A stretch of DNA of 57,349 nucleotides from Vicugna vicugna (Eukaryota), in assembly GCA_013265495.1 (NCBI GenBank), contig MU057801.1, positions 2,450,301 through 2,507,649 of the forward strand. The letters run 5' to 3'. Both the position numbers and the translations under genes were made by a program. The notes below the pieces were generated by a model that had not been told where the DNA came from, did not search any database, and worked only from the letters and a program-made list of their open reading frames with translations. Shown one piece after another: positions 24,701 through 37,003 of the stretch (the stretch's first letter is position 1; each line of letters starts with the position of its first letter).

Positions 24701-27700
24701 TCCTGATGGCGCGTAGGACGGAGACTTGTGGCTGAAACGGAGATCCCTTGGGCCGTGAAGAAATGACACAACACAATACAGATTCACCCAGGAGAAAGCA
24801 GTGACCGCTCAGAGAAAACGTTGTTTTCTTCACCGCGACTGGGGGCCAGAGGTGCCTCCGCAATGATGCCATTTCCGACCAGAAATAGCGTCTTACTCAG
24901 TCTTGTCGGAGGCGGACGCCCTGCTGAGCACAGCAGGAAAGCCACAGCCCTGGGGCAGAGACTCAGCCGCTCCCCTTGCCCGGCGGTCCTCGCTCTGAGA
25001 TAAGGAGGTCAGGCGGGGATCACGGCGGGGGATGCTCAGAGCAGATGGTGTCCTTTTTTCCTCCTGAGCCTGACGGCAGGTGGCACCGTGGTGTCAGTGT
25101 CCAGGTGCTGAGACAGGGTTGCCCGGCAGGGGTCACGTGTGAAAGCACAGCCAGCAGAAGGGGGAGGAAGCGCCACCTGTCTCAGAGGCAGGACCAAGCC
25201 TCCCCTCCCCATGCCCCGTGTCCGTCCCCAGGGCAGCACCTGAGCAGCAGGTGGGGGTGGCAGCCTGCAGGGTCCTGAGGCTCTGGCTCTCCCACACCCC
25301 CTCCCCAAGAGGGAGAAGTCCGTGTGGTCAGAAGAGGAGCCCAGCGCCCAGAGTCCTGCTCCTGTCTCTGCTCAGCAAACGTGAAGCAGCTCTCCTCCGA
25401 CGCGGGGTTAGTGACCTGAGCAACAGTGTATCTTCCCCACGGGCAGGGTGGGGCTCGCATCTCCTGTGCCGGAGGTCTAATGGCTCAGCGTCCTGGAGTG
25501 CCGGCGGGGCGCTGACCACAGGGCTTTGTGTTCAGTCCGTTGTCCAGGGTGGCAGACCCCAACCGCACGGCTGGCCGGGTGACCCCGAGGACCGGCCCCC
25601 GGAAGCTTGTGACAGCCAAGGGCTGGGAACAGGACTCACACTTTGCACCCTGGGTGCTGTCATCCGAGGCACTGCAGGCAGGGTCAGGACCCAGCCTAGC
25701 CCTGCAGCCAGTGAGATGGGACTCGGTCTTGAATCAGTGGTGCCACCAGGCAGACAGCCTCCAACACGACCAGAAATAATTGTGAAGAAAAGTACTTGTA
25801 ACTCGCGAGGCGGAGGACGAAGGACGTGGAAACGCAAGAATGGCTGCGCATCAAACACAAAAAATAAACCCCCGATCATGAGGCAGAAGGGGACGCAGCT
25901 GGCGCAGGACCTCGGGCCCCGTCCACGCGCTCCCCCCGGGGGCACGCCCTCCGGGTCCCTACCAGGGTGCGTGCTCCCCCGCGCTCAGCTGAGCGGACCC
26001 CGGGGCCAGACGCCCGCAGACGCAGGGCCCCAGGGACCCTCGTCCTCCCCGCATCCGCCTGTGGAGACAGGACGACGATTCCTCTTCAGAGCCTTTGCCC
26101 CCCCACAACGGGGCTGGCCCAGCCCTGCAGAGAACACGGAGGGCTGAAGGATGGCACTCAGGTCTTGCTGGCTGTGAACCAGGACCGTCCCTTTCCCAGA
26201 GCAGAGCGAGGGCGACCGTGGCTGAAGCCAGACCCTCCTCGCACATCGAGGACACACACAGACACCTGGAATGTTCACACCTGCGGCAAACAGCCATGCC
26301 TGGGCCACACCTTGACCTGGAGGTGCACTCGAGCGTGGGCCCAGGCTGTCTAGAGGGTCCTGGGCTCTGGGCTCTGGGAGGTGGGTGCAGGCTCCAGGCG
26401 GGCAGGTCCCTGGGAGCGTGGGCTCCGTGAACTGTGGGGAGGGGGAGCCTCTAAACTGTGGGGCACAGGGCAGAGCCCCTCGTCCGGCCAACGGGGCTGC
26501 TGCCTCCCCGTGTCACGGGCTCGGGCCTCTTCCCCTGTGGCCACTTCTCCATCGTGAGGAGAGGGTGACACCGTCTCACGGCACTTCTTGTCACAAAGTG
26601 TGGGATTCTGTCATCCATCCCGGCTCAAGGATGACTGTGGAGGAAGAGAAACCGCTCTCTAAGTACACTGTCCCCCAGGGCCGCTTTGGGCCGAGACTCA
26701 GACTTGTGTGCACAGAGCAGGGGGGAGGCGCTGGTTTCAGGAGGGAGGGACGTCGAGGGAGCCACTCACACAGCATCTCAGGAAGAGAACCGCTTCCACC
26801 CGGCTTCCCCTCCAGCGCCTACCACCCCGCCGCTGCCCCCAGGGAGCCCGCCATGTCTGAATGCATCCTGCATACCCCCCCCAAGGGGCTGCACTTCAGT
26901 GCTAGAGGGCAGGCCCGTCAATGTTTTACGCTAACAGTTAAGCCGGTTTAACTCTTCCTTAACTGAAACATTTCTGTTATCACGGATTCGCCAAAGCCGA
27001 GTGTTGACTTAATGGAGGCCCCCCACACAGCTCAGCCAGGCGCCTATTAGCAGGGGGTCGAGTCAATAGGACCACCCCAGGGCCGGGGGGTCGGGGATGG
27101 TGCGGGGCCCTGAGCCAGGCACTGCGGCTGTGCAGGGTCCAGGAGGAAGCAAGGAGGCGGGGGCGGGGCTCAGAGAGCGTTCTCATGAAAGCAGAGGAAC
27201 AGGTCATTCATCTCTAATCCGAGTCTCAGCCCAAGGTGGCCTCGGGGGACAGCTGATAAATCTCCCGCAGGAAACGCCCACGAGGAGCTGGCCTGCCCTG
27301 CTAGGGAAGGTGGGGGGACACTTCCGAATAAGGGAGCTCATTCCACCGAAACACAAAAGCTCCAGAGCAGACATTTTTCATGTTGACATATCCTTGGGCT
27401 ACTCCTCTTGCCTGGTATTGTTTAATTTCAGAGCTTGCCAGAGTGAAAAACAGAAAAAAATGAACCAGAATAAAAAGAAGGAAGGAAGGGGGTTCAGGCC
27501 CCAGAGGTGAGTGCCCCCCCAACACCTGCAGTGCCCCCCCCCGGGATGCAGAGCCGGGAGGCCCAGCCGGCTGGATGCTCAGCACAGGGTCTCCAGGTGG
27601 TGGGCCCAAGTTCACCCTCCAGGATGCACAAAAATAACAGAACCTCCACTGAGATTTTCACCTCAGCCGCTTAAATATTCCGTCCTAACGCCGCACGCTT

Positions 27701-28709
27701 TATAAGGTGCCCATTACGAAGTAAGCTGCATCCAGGAGTCCAAGGCCCTGAGGCCAGTGCACACACCGAGGGCTGCCTCACAGCAACGCTGACCACGTGG
27801 GCCTGGAGCCTGGGCTTGGAAGGTCGCTGGAAAGCCACATGTGGGCTTGGGGGCTTCTGCAGTGGCTCGGAGCCTCTGGGCATCAGCAGGCGTGGGGCTG
27901 CCCGTGCCTGTGCACGGCCCCGGGACCCAAGCACCGGGGGAGGAAGGGGCCAGAAAGGAGTGTGCAGGGCACTCTGCCCGTCTGCGTGGACTGCTGCAGC
28001 TAACAGTGCCTGCAGACTCGCATCCGCCAGCTCGCTGATGGGGTAAAGAGGGCTCCCCACCACCTGTCTCCTCACCGATGTTTACCAAGCGGAAAAGCAG
28101 GAGTGCTCCCTCAGCGGGGAGACTCCTGTCTGTGGTTTCTCGCTGCCGGAATCATAAGCCGTTTGTGCCTGAACTGAGCAGAAACCCTCCCCACGTGGTC
28201 TGCACCTGCGAGACGGCCTCCCTCATGCCTGCCCGGAACCCGGGCCCTTGCTCTGGGGCCGTAAGGAGAAGTTCTCCTGGGAGGCAGAGCAGGGGGCAGG
28301 CTGTTCCCTGCTCTATGGGGTGAGGCCGACCAGAGCCCGCTGCTCCGGCTTTCCCATCAGAGGACACTGGGCAGCGGTCCTATCAGGCATCTTCCTTCCC
28401 TTTTCAGATGGAAAAGAAAATAAACCGTCACAACCAGGCTCACGGCACCAGAAGGAAGGAGCCTTCTGCTGCAGAAACAGGTGGAAGTTGACCCTTCCTC
28501 CACTGCCACAAACCTGATCGTCTGAGGTCTCTGACCCCTCGCCCGCTGCCCCTGCCCGTGTGGCTGTGTGCTCCACGTCATCCCCCAGGACCCCGGCCAG
28601 CACCCCTGAGGTCTGTGGCTGACCCTCCGTACTTCCCAACACCGCCGGCCTTTCTCCCCCCTCACTGCCCATCATTCCGCATGCGGGTCCAAGGGCAGAG
28701 TCTTGACCG

Positions 28710-28805
28710 CACCTCTTAACCTGAGACCAGAAACTTAAATTCTCTGCCTTGGCTTCTTGGCCTGTAAAATGGCAACAATGTGCCTCCTCGGGAGGGCATT
28801 AATGC
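28710..28805 (+). mobile_element. MIR fragment
   Basis: acttaaattctctgccttggcttcttggcctgtaaaatgg resembles the MIR core. Confidence 0.5.
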
Positions 28806-29153
28806 AGACCTGCCCTAGAGCTGCCAGGACAGAGCCGGCCCGCCCCGGTCCCCGCATCCCCCGTGTCCCCTGCATCCCCCAAGTCCCCCGCAGCCCTCGC
28901 CTCCTTTCGGGTGAGGTCATTCAGCCCTCAGCTCTGGGGCAGGAAATCTGGGAGGCGGCACCTCCCGTCCCCACCTCTGTGCGGTGCTCTGGCCTCACCC
29001 CTCCTTTCCGACTGAGCATCCTGGAGACCCTCTGAGCCTGCATGTAATCCCCTCCCCAAGGCCCCGCCTCAAGACCCTCAGCTGCTCCTGCTCCTGGTCT
29101 CAGGTGCTGGCCGGCCCCCAGCCAGATCCATCCGGGAACCTCAGACATTCCCT

Positions 29154-29330
29154 TTATTTTACTTTTTTAAAAATTTTTTGGGGGGGTAATTAGGTTTACC
29201 TATTTAATTTGCATTCCTTTTTTATTGAAGTGCAGGTATTTATTTATTTTTTAATGGCGGTGCTGGGGACTGAAACCAAGACCTCATGCATGCCAAGCAC
29301 GCCCTCTACCACTGAGCTGCCGGCCTCCCT
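29154..29330 (-). mobile_element. tRNA-derived SINE (Vic-1-like) with target-site duplication
   Basis: ggggggtaattaggttta...tgctggggactgaaaccaagacctcatgcatgccaagcacgccctctaccactgagct. TSD is CTCAGACATTCCCT (29140-29153) and CTCAGACGGTCCCT (29331-29344). Confidence 0.92.
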
Positions 29331-29544
29331 CTCAGACGGTCCCTGTAATTATTCCCCAGTCCAGTTCTTCCCCAGGGCTTTGTAACTCACATGCCTCTTG
29401 ACCTTTGAACCCTGCTCCCAATTTTTCAGAACCTGATTATCTCGCCTGGCCTCCCCATCCAAAGCGGTGGCCATGGGGGCCACCCTGCACACTGATGGGC
29501 AGCATTCTCAAAGGGCAAAGCTGACCCCAGCCCCCGTCTTGGGC

Positions 29545-29905
29545 AGATTTCTGTGATCCCCAAAGTTCATAGGCTGAAGCCCTGACTTATTATTATTTTT
29601 AGTACAAAATACTTACAGGGTGACTGTATTTGGGGATGGGGCCTCTAAGGAAGTAATCAAGGTTAAACCAGGTCGGAAGGGTGGGGCCCTGATCCCATAG
29701 GATTGGTGTCCTCGGAAGGAGAGACCCCCGCGCTCTCTCCGCCACCTGCAGACACGGCGGGAAGGCAGCCGTCCTCAGTCCAGGAAGAGCGATCTCAGCA
29801 GAAATCAGAGCCTCCAGACCTTGCCCTGGGATGTTCCAGCCTCCAAGACTGAGAGAGAGTAAGTGCTTCATGAGGCCACCACCCGGCCTGGTATTCGCTA
29901 CATTT
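29545..29905 (+). mobile_element. MaLR solo LTR, MLT1A-like
   Basis: ccccaaagttcataggctgaagccct, gtgactgtatttggggatggggcctctaaggaagtaatcaaggttaaa, gaaggcagccgtc, ttccagcctcca. Confidence 0.87.
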
Positions 29906-31999
29906 CCGGCAAGTCTGTGTTACGTCCCGTGGCCTCTGTGGGCCTGATGCCCACAAGTCTCTCCCCACCCCGCTGCCATCCTGGCCCCTCCCTGCCGCTG
30001 TCCTAGCCCCTCCCCCTGCCACCCCGGCTCTGCTGCGCGACTCCGTGGGCACGGCCTTGGTCGCTGGGGGCCTCGGCCTTCCCACAGATGGTCGCCCCGG
30101 CTCCAGGTGGTCTCAGCCATGCTCACTGCGCCTGAGCCTCCCTCCTCTCCGTGACTCTGCCCAGGGCCGTGGTGTATTTCTCTCCAGCTCTGGGTCTCAA
30201 CCCTAGGGGCTGGACCTGATTCGTCTTTCCTGGGCTGGCCCCCCCAGCCTGCGTGGTACACATCACCAGGGCCTTGGTCCAGATTTGGTACAATGGACTG
30301 TTGTCGATATTGATATGCACCGTGTTAGTAAACATTATACATAGTGTTGAGAGGATGGGAACGCCTCCTTCAAAAAAAGTAACGAGTTTAAAATCAGAAG
30401 AAAAGGAACGCGCGTGAGGCCAGCGAAGGTCCCGGGTGGGGCCGCTCCGGGAGTGGCGCTGCGAAGCCGGGAGCCTGGCGGGGCTGCTGTGTCTCCGTGC
30501 AGATCTCTTTGGGTTTCACCCATTTGCGTTAAACACAAATGTCTGGCTTCCAGAATGGACAGGGAATAAAATCTTTCCAGATTCTCCCAGACGACTTACA
30601 GCCATAAATTTTGTTGACTTTTGAACACTTCATAAAACTTAAACCTGCTGAGAAGCTGATTTGCTATTTTATCTTTTTTAAAAAGTGCTGGGTTCCCCTA
30701 CAGTGCAGAGATGGGACCTCATATTTCTCCACTAACCTGCAAAACCTCTGTATGAAAAATGGGAGGTGGGGCAGTTAGCTGAATTAAGAGCCTGCTCTGA
30801 CCTAGCATAGATCTTTTGGGCGCAAAGAAATTTACTTCTAGTGAAAAGTCTTCCACTTGAAGGACTGTAGGTATAAATAAATCCTGGATCTACAGATTCT
30901 ATTTCTGTGAAATTCACATAAATTTAAAAGAAAGAAAACCTCCCAGATTGAAATACATCATTTCCAGGGAAGCTGTAAAGCAGCTTGAAAAATCCTGAAC
31001 CAGAAAGACCCACTCGTCTTCTTGGATCCTATTTTATGCTGAAACTACAAGGGAGCAGCCTTTGCAGCAGCTCCAGTGACCAAGTGTCAGACTCCAAGAG
31101 GAAAACCAAGGTGAAATGACATCATAAGAGTTGTTCCTGTTTTACTTCTGTGTCAGAGGTAGAAACAACACTGAAGCATACAAAGCCAGCGTGGCTTCCC
31201 GCGTACTCCCGCTGTGCAGACGCGGGGTGTCTGTGTGCCTGTGAGGACACCTCATCTAAGGCAAAGGCCTCGAGGAGACTGGGCGCCTGATTTGCGTGGA
31301 AGGTCACGTCTAGACCCAGAAATTAGGAGCCTCCCATCCGGTCACCCCTCCTGAGCAGCAAAGTCTGATGAGGCAGAAAAGCAAACAGGTATAAACCCCG
31401 CACTTAGTGCGCGGAGCTGAGGCTGGGAACTTTCCTGGCTTGTGTGCCATCTCTGGTGACCTTCGTAAATGCCAGCCGAGACTGAGAGCCTGCGCTGAGA
31501 CCTCAGCTGGAATAAACTGGCACGAGGCTCTGTCAGCAACTTGTGGCTCGTAACAGTGTCGACTGGAAGGAAATAACGCGCAGCTGACAGCGGAGAGCTG
31601 TGTTTTATTCGGTGGACGTTTCTGAGGACTTCAGCCCAGGATGACAGCCTCTCGGACCGCCTGAGGGGCTGCTCCAAAGTGGCAACGTACAGCCAGGATG
31701 TGTGAGGTTTTGCAGGACTAGGTAGTCAGAACCTCGAAAGGTTACCGTTAACTAAAGAAAGCCAGTTAAGGAATTCGGTGCTTTTCTATGTGTGGGAAGG
31801 TACAAAGGCCTGGGCTCACTGAAATCACTCCTTTCATCTGCACCTTAGCTCTCTGTGGCCAGTGTCCTGTTTTTCCACATCCTGAGTTCCCTCTGGGGGC
31901 ACCGTTGGGGCGGCGGTGGGGGGGCTGCCTGCTTGTCTGCATCCTGAGTTCCCCCTCACTATCGGGGGGACGGTGGCGGCTGGTGACGTGATGGCTGCA

Positions 32000-32500
32000 G
32001 CATCCTGTGTTTACTGATGTGGCTGCAACATTTTTCATTCACAACAGACGTTTTATTACGGCCCCCAGCTTGGTGGGTCAGGAGTTTGGGGGGCTCAGCA
32101 GAGATTCTTCCACTCTGAGTGAAGAGGCGAGAGCACTGGGGATGCTCAGCGGGTGGACAGACTGGTCTGAGGGTCCAAGGTGATTTGTTCACGTACCTTG
32201 GTGCTCGCGTCTGGGGGGGCCAAGCTCAGCTGACCCCCTTGGGGTCCCCCCGTGGCCTCTCCTGCTCTCCCCAGTGGAGCGGTTGGACTTCTTCCAGGGA
32301 CACCCAGCGGGCCAGCAGACCCATGAGCCTCAGGCGTCTCACGACCTTACCACAGGCCTCCAGGAGGGCTCCTCTGTCACGTGCGAACATCCAGCGGTTA
32401 AGCAAGTCACCGAAGCAGCCGCAGTCGGGTCTGGGAGAGGCACAGGCTCCCCTCCTCAAGGGAGAAACGGCGGAGGATCTGGCCATCGGTGACGCCGTGG
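32000..32500 (-). mobile_element. Old MaLR LTR (MLT1F-I-like)
   Basis: gtgggtcaggagtttggg, gggtccaagg, ggttggacttctt, ctctgtcac and ggttaagcaagtcac appear in the antisense MLT1 order. Confidence 0.6.
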
Positions 32501-32859
32501 TCTCATTTTCACCATCATGGGTAGCACAGTAATCCTGGATTTTAAAAAAAACGATCGTCATTAGGGACGATCCCAGGGTGACACAGCCGTCAACATAGTC
32601 TACACTTGAGGAAATACACTGGCTGCGCCAGTCCCCGTGCCCCCGAACCGACCACAGCCACGGCGGCGGGCATTCCTGGAATGTCGGCTGCAAGGATGGA
32701 CGCCAGGGACGGAAACCCGGGACCCGCCCAGCGCCAAGTGCTTCACCTCTGCCTCTCCCTCGGGGTCGCTGACCTCCCCCTGGGTTGGAACACCATAGGG
32801 ATCTTGCAAATGCAAGGGCTGTTCTTTACACTGAACCGTGAGGCACTTGAAGACATGCA

Positions 32860-33072
32860 CTGCCTTAGTCTATCAAGGCGTCGCCAACAGCAAACTTCCT
32901 GCCGAGTCCACACCTGCTGGAGAGAGGAGGCCCTCCTCTCCAGTCCTGCTCTTCCCCCAGGCCCATCTGGGGCCCCTCTCAGCCCCCTCACCCCCCAAGG
33001 CCCCTCCCCCTAATACCACCGCATTGCGGGTCCGAGCACATGCATTTGGAGGGACATGTTCAGTCCACAGCA
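32860..33072 (-). mobile_element. Internally deleted MaLR LTR (MLT1A/B-like)
   Basis: Begins tgccttagtctatc and ends ccccaaggcccctcccctaataccaccgcattgcggg...catttggagggacatgttcagtccacagca. Confidence 0.7.
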
Positions 33073-33117
33073 GACGCCACATCTTGTTTTGGGTCTCGTC
33101 CCTTTTGAGAAGCCCAG

Positions 33118-33183
33118 AGCCCAGCACAGCATCCACCCCAGGGATGCTGATCAGCGCGCGGTTGAATTCATGAATGAATGAAA
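33118..33183 (+). mobile_element. L2 3' end remnant
   Basis: agcccagcacagc...gttgaattcatgaatgaatgaa, the L2 (TGAA)n tail. Confidence 0.5.
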
Positions 33184-34624
33184 TCACGGTCTTTGAATTT
33201 GCATCTGTCAAAAGTAACGGCGTTTCCCAAGGGCAGCGCTGATGGCCACGTGGAAGGGGGTGCGGCAGCTGTACAGGTGCTGCACCCTGGCTCCGCCTCA
33301 GGCTGGGCATGGGCTTGGGGTGGATGCGCCGCACTTAGCGCCTGAGTGCTGGGGCAAAGACAGCGCATGGAGCTGGAGGAAGCACCCCCTTTATGGAGCA
33401 CCCGCTGGCCTCTGTTATTTCCGGGGGAAACCCTGAGCTTGTCTTCAGATCAGCGGACGATTTGGGCAGGCGGAGGCAGGGGGTCCTGGTTGCAGCAGAT
33501 CCCTCCCTCCAGGGAGCTCATGCCGCAGAGCCCAGCACGCTGTCACCCACCGCTCAGCTGAACTGCCTAGACATTTTATGGCGCCCTGAGAAAATTCAAT
33601 TTCATGAGTAACAAAAAGTTTGGTTTTTGCAGCCATCTATTTCGAAAATGTCAATGCTCTTCTAAAGGAAACACGAGCAGGATTTGTCTTCCCTGAAATT
33701 GAATTCTTATTCAATAGAGAAACCTTTATTGAAACTGCAGGCTCTGTGCAAGGGCAGGCTTACGGGCCCGGGAGGGGACGAGGGCTCCCAGACGGGAGTG
33801 ACGAGCCAGCCGGGGCCGGGTTTGTCGTCCTGCAACCAGCACGGAGACCAGGTAAGGCGGACGATCAGGAGTCCAGGCCCCGCCGAGACGTTCCTGCTGA
33901 GGGCTGGGTCAGTGTGGCTTGACCTTGGGGACCACGTCTCCTGGGTCTGGTGCCAGGAGCACAGGCGCCTGCTGCATCTGACTGACCTGGGGCCCCTGCG
34001 GTTTTGGTGAAGAGTCAGGGCAGGAGCAGAAGTTCCCGTCTGAAGGAGTCGGGCCCCTGGAGAGGCGCCAGTTGTCGGGGTGGTGGTGCACACAAGTCTG
34101 CCCGACCCTCTACCCCCACTCCCGGTTCGCGTTCACGGGCAACTGCTGGACTTTCAGGCCCCTCTGGGCCAGTCGGACTCTCCCCACTCAGGTCAGGCCC
34201 GTCCACACCGATCGGAAGACACAGACACGTGTGCACCGAAGACGAGCCCCTCCCCTGGATGCAGCGGTTCATCCTGGGCTGTGGTCTCTCCCGGCCTGGG
34301 TGCGTCCTCTCTCTGCTGGACACGGTCAGTGTTGATGGCCAGCACCTAGCAGGGCAGTGAGCCAGGTGTGTCAGCATGTGGGGCTGAGGATCCACGTCCG
34401 TTATAAACTTAGGTCAAGACTAGTAATAAATTAAATGCTGACTGTGACCAACTCACAACTAAGAAGTTGAGAACCCGGGGTGGCGGCCTCTGAGCTTCGT
34501 AAAAAAGCTGAAGATGAAGGAATGTGCTGGGCAGTCCCGGAGCCTGAGGCCTGGACACGGTTCCGTGGTGGGAACTCTGTGCTCACTCTCCCTCCAGGGT
34601 GTAAAACACCCGGAACGTGATCCT

Positions 34625-34662
34625 TGTGTGTGTGTGTGTGTGTGCGAATGTGTGTGCGTGTG
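34625..34662. repeat. (TG)n microsatellite, interrupted
   Basis: tgtgtgtgtgtgtgtgtgtgcgaatgtgtgtgcgtgtg. Confidence 0.9.
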
Positions 34663-35169
34663 CATGAGCGTGCACCTGGGTTTCAGGCTGGGACGTGGGA
34701 AGCAGCTCTTTCCCGCGGCGCGTCCTCTGACGTCCCCGACTGTAGCAGCAAGCCCCTCCAGCTTGGGATCCTCTCCAGCCCGGGGGGCGTCATGGCCTCT
34801 CGCCGTGTGCGCTGCGGGCGGGCTGTGGGTTCCGCTGGGTCAGTATGACTCGTTGCTCAGAAAATTATTGATCTGCTCCTTGCGCTCAAAGCAAGTCATG
34901 TTGATTGCATTGTTTTATTCCTTCAGTATTTTTGGTCTTCAGTAAAATTCCATAATTTCCTCAGTAAGTCCTGTTTTTTAAAGAGATGTGTCCCTCATTG
35001 GTCTCCCCTTCTTGTTTTATTCTTTCTCCAAACTATTCCAGCCACATCTTCTTCAAGACCTTGTCAGGATCGCCAAAGACCTTCCCCTGCCCACTGCGCT
35101 TCCCACTCCTAGAACTCCTTGAACTAATTCTGTCACTCGGGGCCAGACTGGGCGTGCCCACCTGGAGAT

Positions 35170-35440
35170 CTGGGTCCCTTCCAGCCCCTAAATCAGTTCC
35201 ATACCCAGGCTTCTCCATTTCAGTAAAGGGCGCACCAGTCACGCATTGCTCTAGCCCAAGCACAAGGAATAGTCTTCAGGCTCTCGCCCAGATCCACGCC
35301 CAACCCAGCAGTAAGACTTCTCAGCTCAACCCTGGAAACATTTCCCAGATTTGCATCTTCCTGCCACGCCCACAGGTAACCCAAGGCCGATTCATCGTGA
35401 GCCCTTCCCTGGACACCACCGGTCACCTGTTTCCCTGCTG
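35170..35440 (+). mobile_element. L2 fragment
   Basis: ccaggcttctccatttcagtaaagggcgcacca...ccaacccagcagtaagacttctcagctcaaccctggaaacatttcccagattt resembles the L2 ORF2 3' region. Confidence 0.65.
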
Positions 35441-36879
35441 CAAGTCATCTGAAGTGAACTTCTAGCCGTGTGAGTCTGATCACGGCTGCTTCGCACCCAC
35501 ACCTCCACGAGCCTCGCTGTGCGTGCCCTAAGACCCCCAGCCCTCCGGGGCCCACAGGCCGGACGCTGTCCAGCAACCAGAGCACATCATGTTCTCCAGA
35601 AGTGGGCAGATCTATGTGCTCACCCTCTTCCCTGATGCTCTGGGTAAGACAGAGCACACACCGGGCACCACACAGGTTCCTGAGACCAGACCTTAAGAAA
35701 CTGGCAGCCTCCATGTCCCAGCACTTCAAACACTTGATCTTGGGGCCACGAGCTGTCATGTAGGAAGCCCAGCTCTGCTCCTGCGGGGACCACACAGAGA
35801 CCTGGACACGGGGATGGAGGGCAGCTGAGCCCAGCCTCCCAGCTGTCTGCACCAGGGTAGCAGAGGCCCAGAAGCCACCTGGACCCTGCCGGCTAGACCA
35901 GCTGTGAGCTGACCACAGCAAGTAACCCTGATCAACACCCGGTGCTGAAGAATCACCCACTGTGAGCAGAACAGAGCAGCGGTCTTGTGTCTGCAACAGC
36001 GGCTAACAGGAACGGAGGGCGTCCGCCCTTCCTTCCACAAGGAGGACCCTGAGGTGTCCCTGCCCGCTCGTACCGGGGGCCTGCTGCCAAGGACACCCTG
36101 GGAAGCGCTGGTAAAGGCTACTGCTTACTGCTCCTGTCTGGCAGAAGGCAGATACATCAAGAAATAATGAAATTCACTCTCAGTTCTCAGCTTCTTTCAG
36201 CTGAGATCATCAAAGAGAAACAGGTTTCACTGCACGCGCGGCCTGAGGGCGGCGTTCTCTGGAGTCCATGCTTCACTCTTTCACAGGGTTGCATTTCACT
36301 CCCTGCTTTGTGGCACACGAGTGACTTAAGTTGGGAGAGAAGAGACGAGAGAATAATTTAAACTGAAAAGTAAAAGCTTAATAATTTGGTAGTAGATCGG
36401 TCTGTGGAGAGTGGGACTCCACAGGTAAACCTTTCATGACTGATGCAAAACCGCGATGAACCGCGTGTGCCTCCGGGGACGGGGCGTGCCGCTCCGGCAG
36501 GAAGCGGGCCCAGCGCCCGCAGCGCTGCGCGCCCTTCCACGGGGAGCGCACCTCCACAACGCGCCTTCTCGTCTTTTTAGGAATGTTTTCTTTTGTTTTT
36601 ACCTGCGCGTCTCTGGTGGGCGGGGGAGTGGACGTGTTACTGTATTTCTGGCATTTTTATTGTTAGAAATGTTGGATGTTATTGGAGGTGCATTAAAACA
36701 AGACCCGTCTATAATTCTTGAACCTAGTTAAGGATTTGGTTTCCCCTCCCTGCCGTGTTTCTGTTCACCTGTATCCCTCTCCCCTTTGTAAGAATGGAAG
36801 CGTTCGTGTTGTCTTATTCATAAACAGACAACACTGGCTTTTTCTCTGATTTTTCCATGGATGAAATGCATATTAACTC

Positions 36880-37003
36880 GGGGGGAGGGTGGAGCTCAGT
36901 GGTAGAGTGCGTGCGTGGTGTGCACGGGGTCCTGGGTTCAGTCCCCAGTCCCTCCATTAGATACATAATTACATAAATAAACCTAATTACCCCCCCAAAT
37001 TTT
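36880..37003 (+). mobile_element. tRNA-derived SINE (Vic-1-like), full length
   Basis: GGGGAGGGTGGAGCTCAGTGGTAGAG (A box), GGGTTCAGTCCC (B box), tail ataaataaacctaattacccccc. TSD core AAATGCATAT at 36864-36873 and 37004-37013. Confidence 0.93.

Noticed and set aside
25862..25942. Loose similarity to 45583-45675 (aaataaaccc...catgag..., both translating to KGTQLA)
   Set aside because: Short, gapped and low in identity; probably chance. A pairwise alignment with shuffling statistics would decide.
25218..26147. Longest ORF (309 aa) and other 200-250 aa ORFs (6591, 6690, 12827, 18949, 51539, 51802)
   Set aside because: Rich in Pro, Arg, Gly and Ala, overlapping on both strands, with no recognisable domain. 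Expected from stop-codon scarcity in GC-rich DNA.
36880..36955. tRNA-like sequence with A and B boxes
   Set aside because: It is a SINE head: it continues into the SINE tail, has a TSD, and has three diverged homologues in the window.
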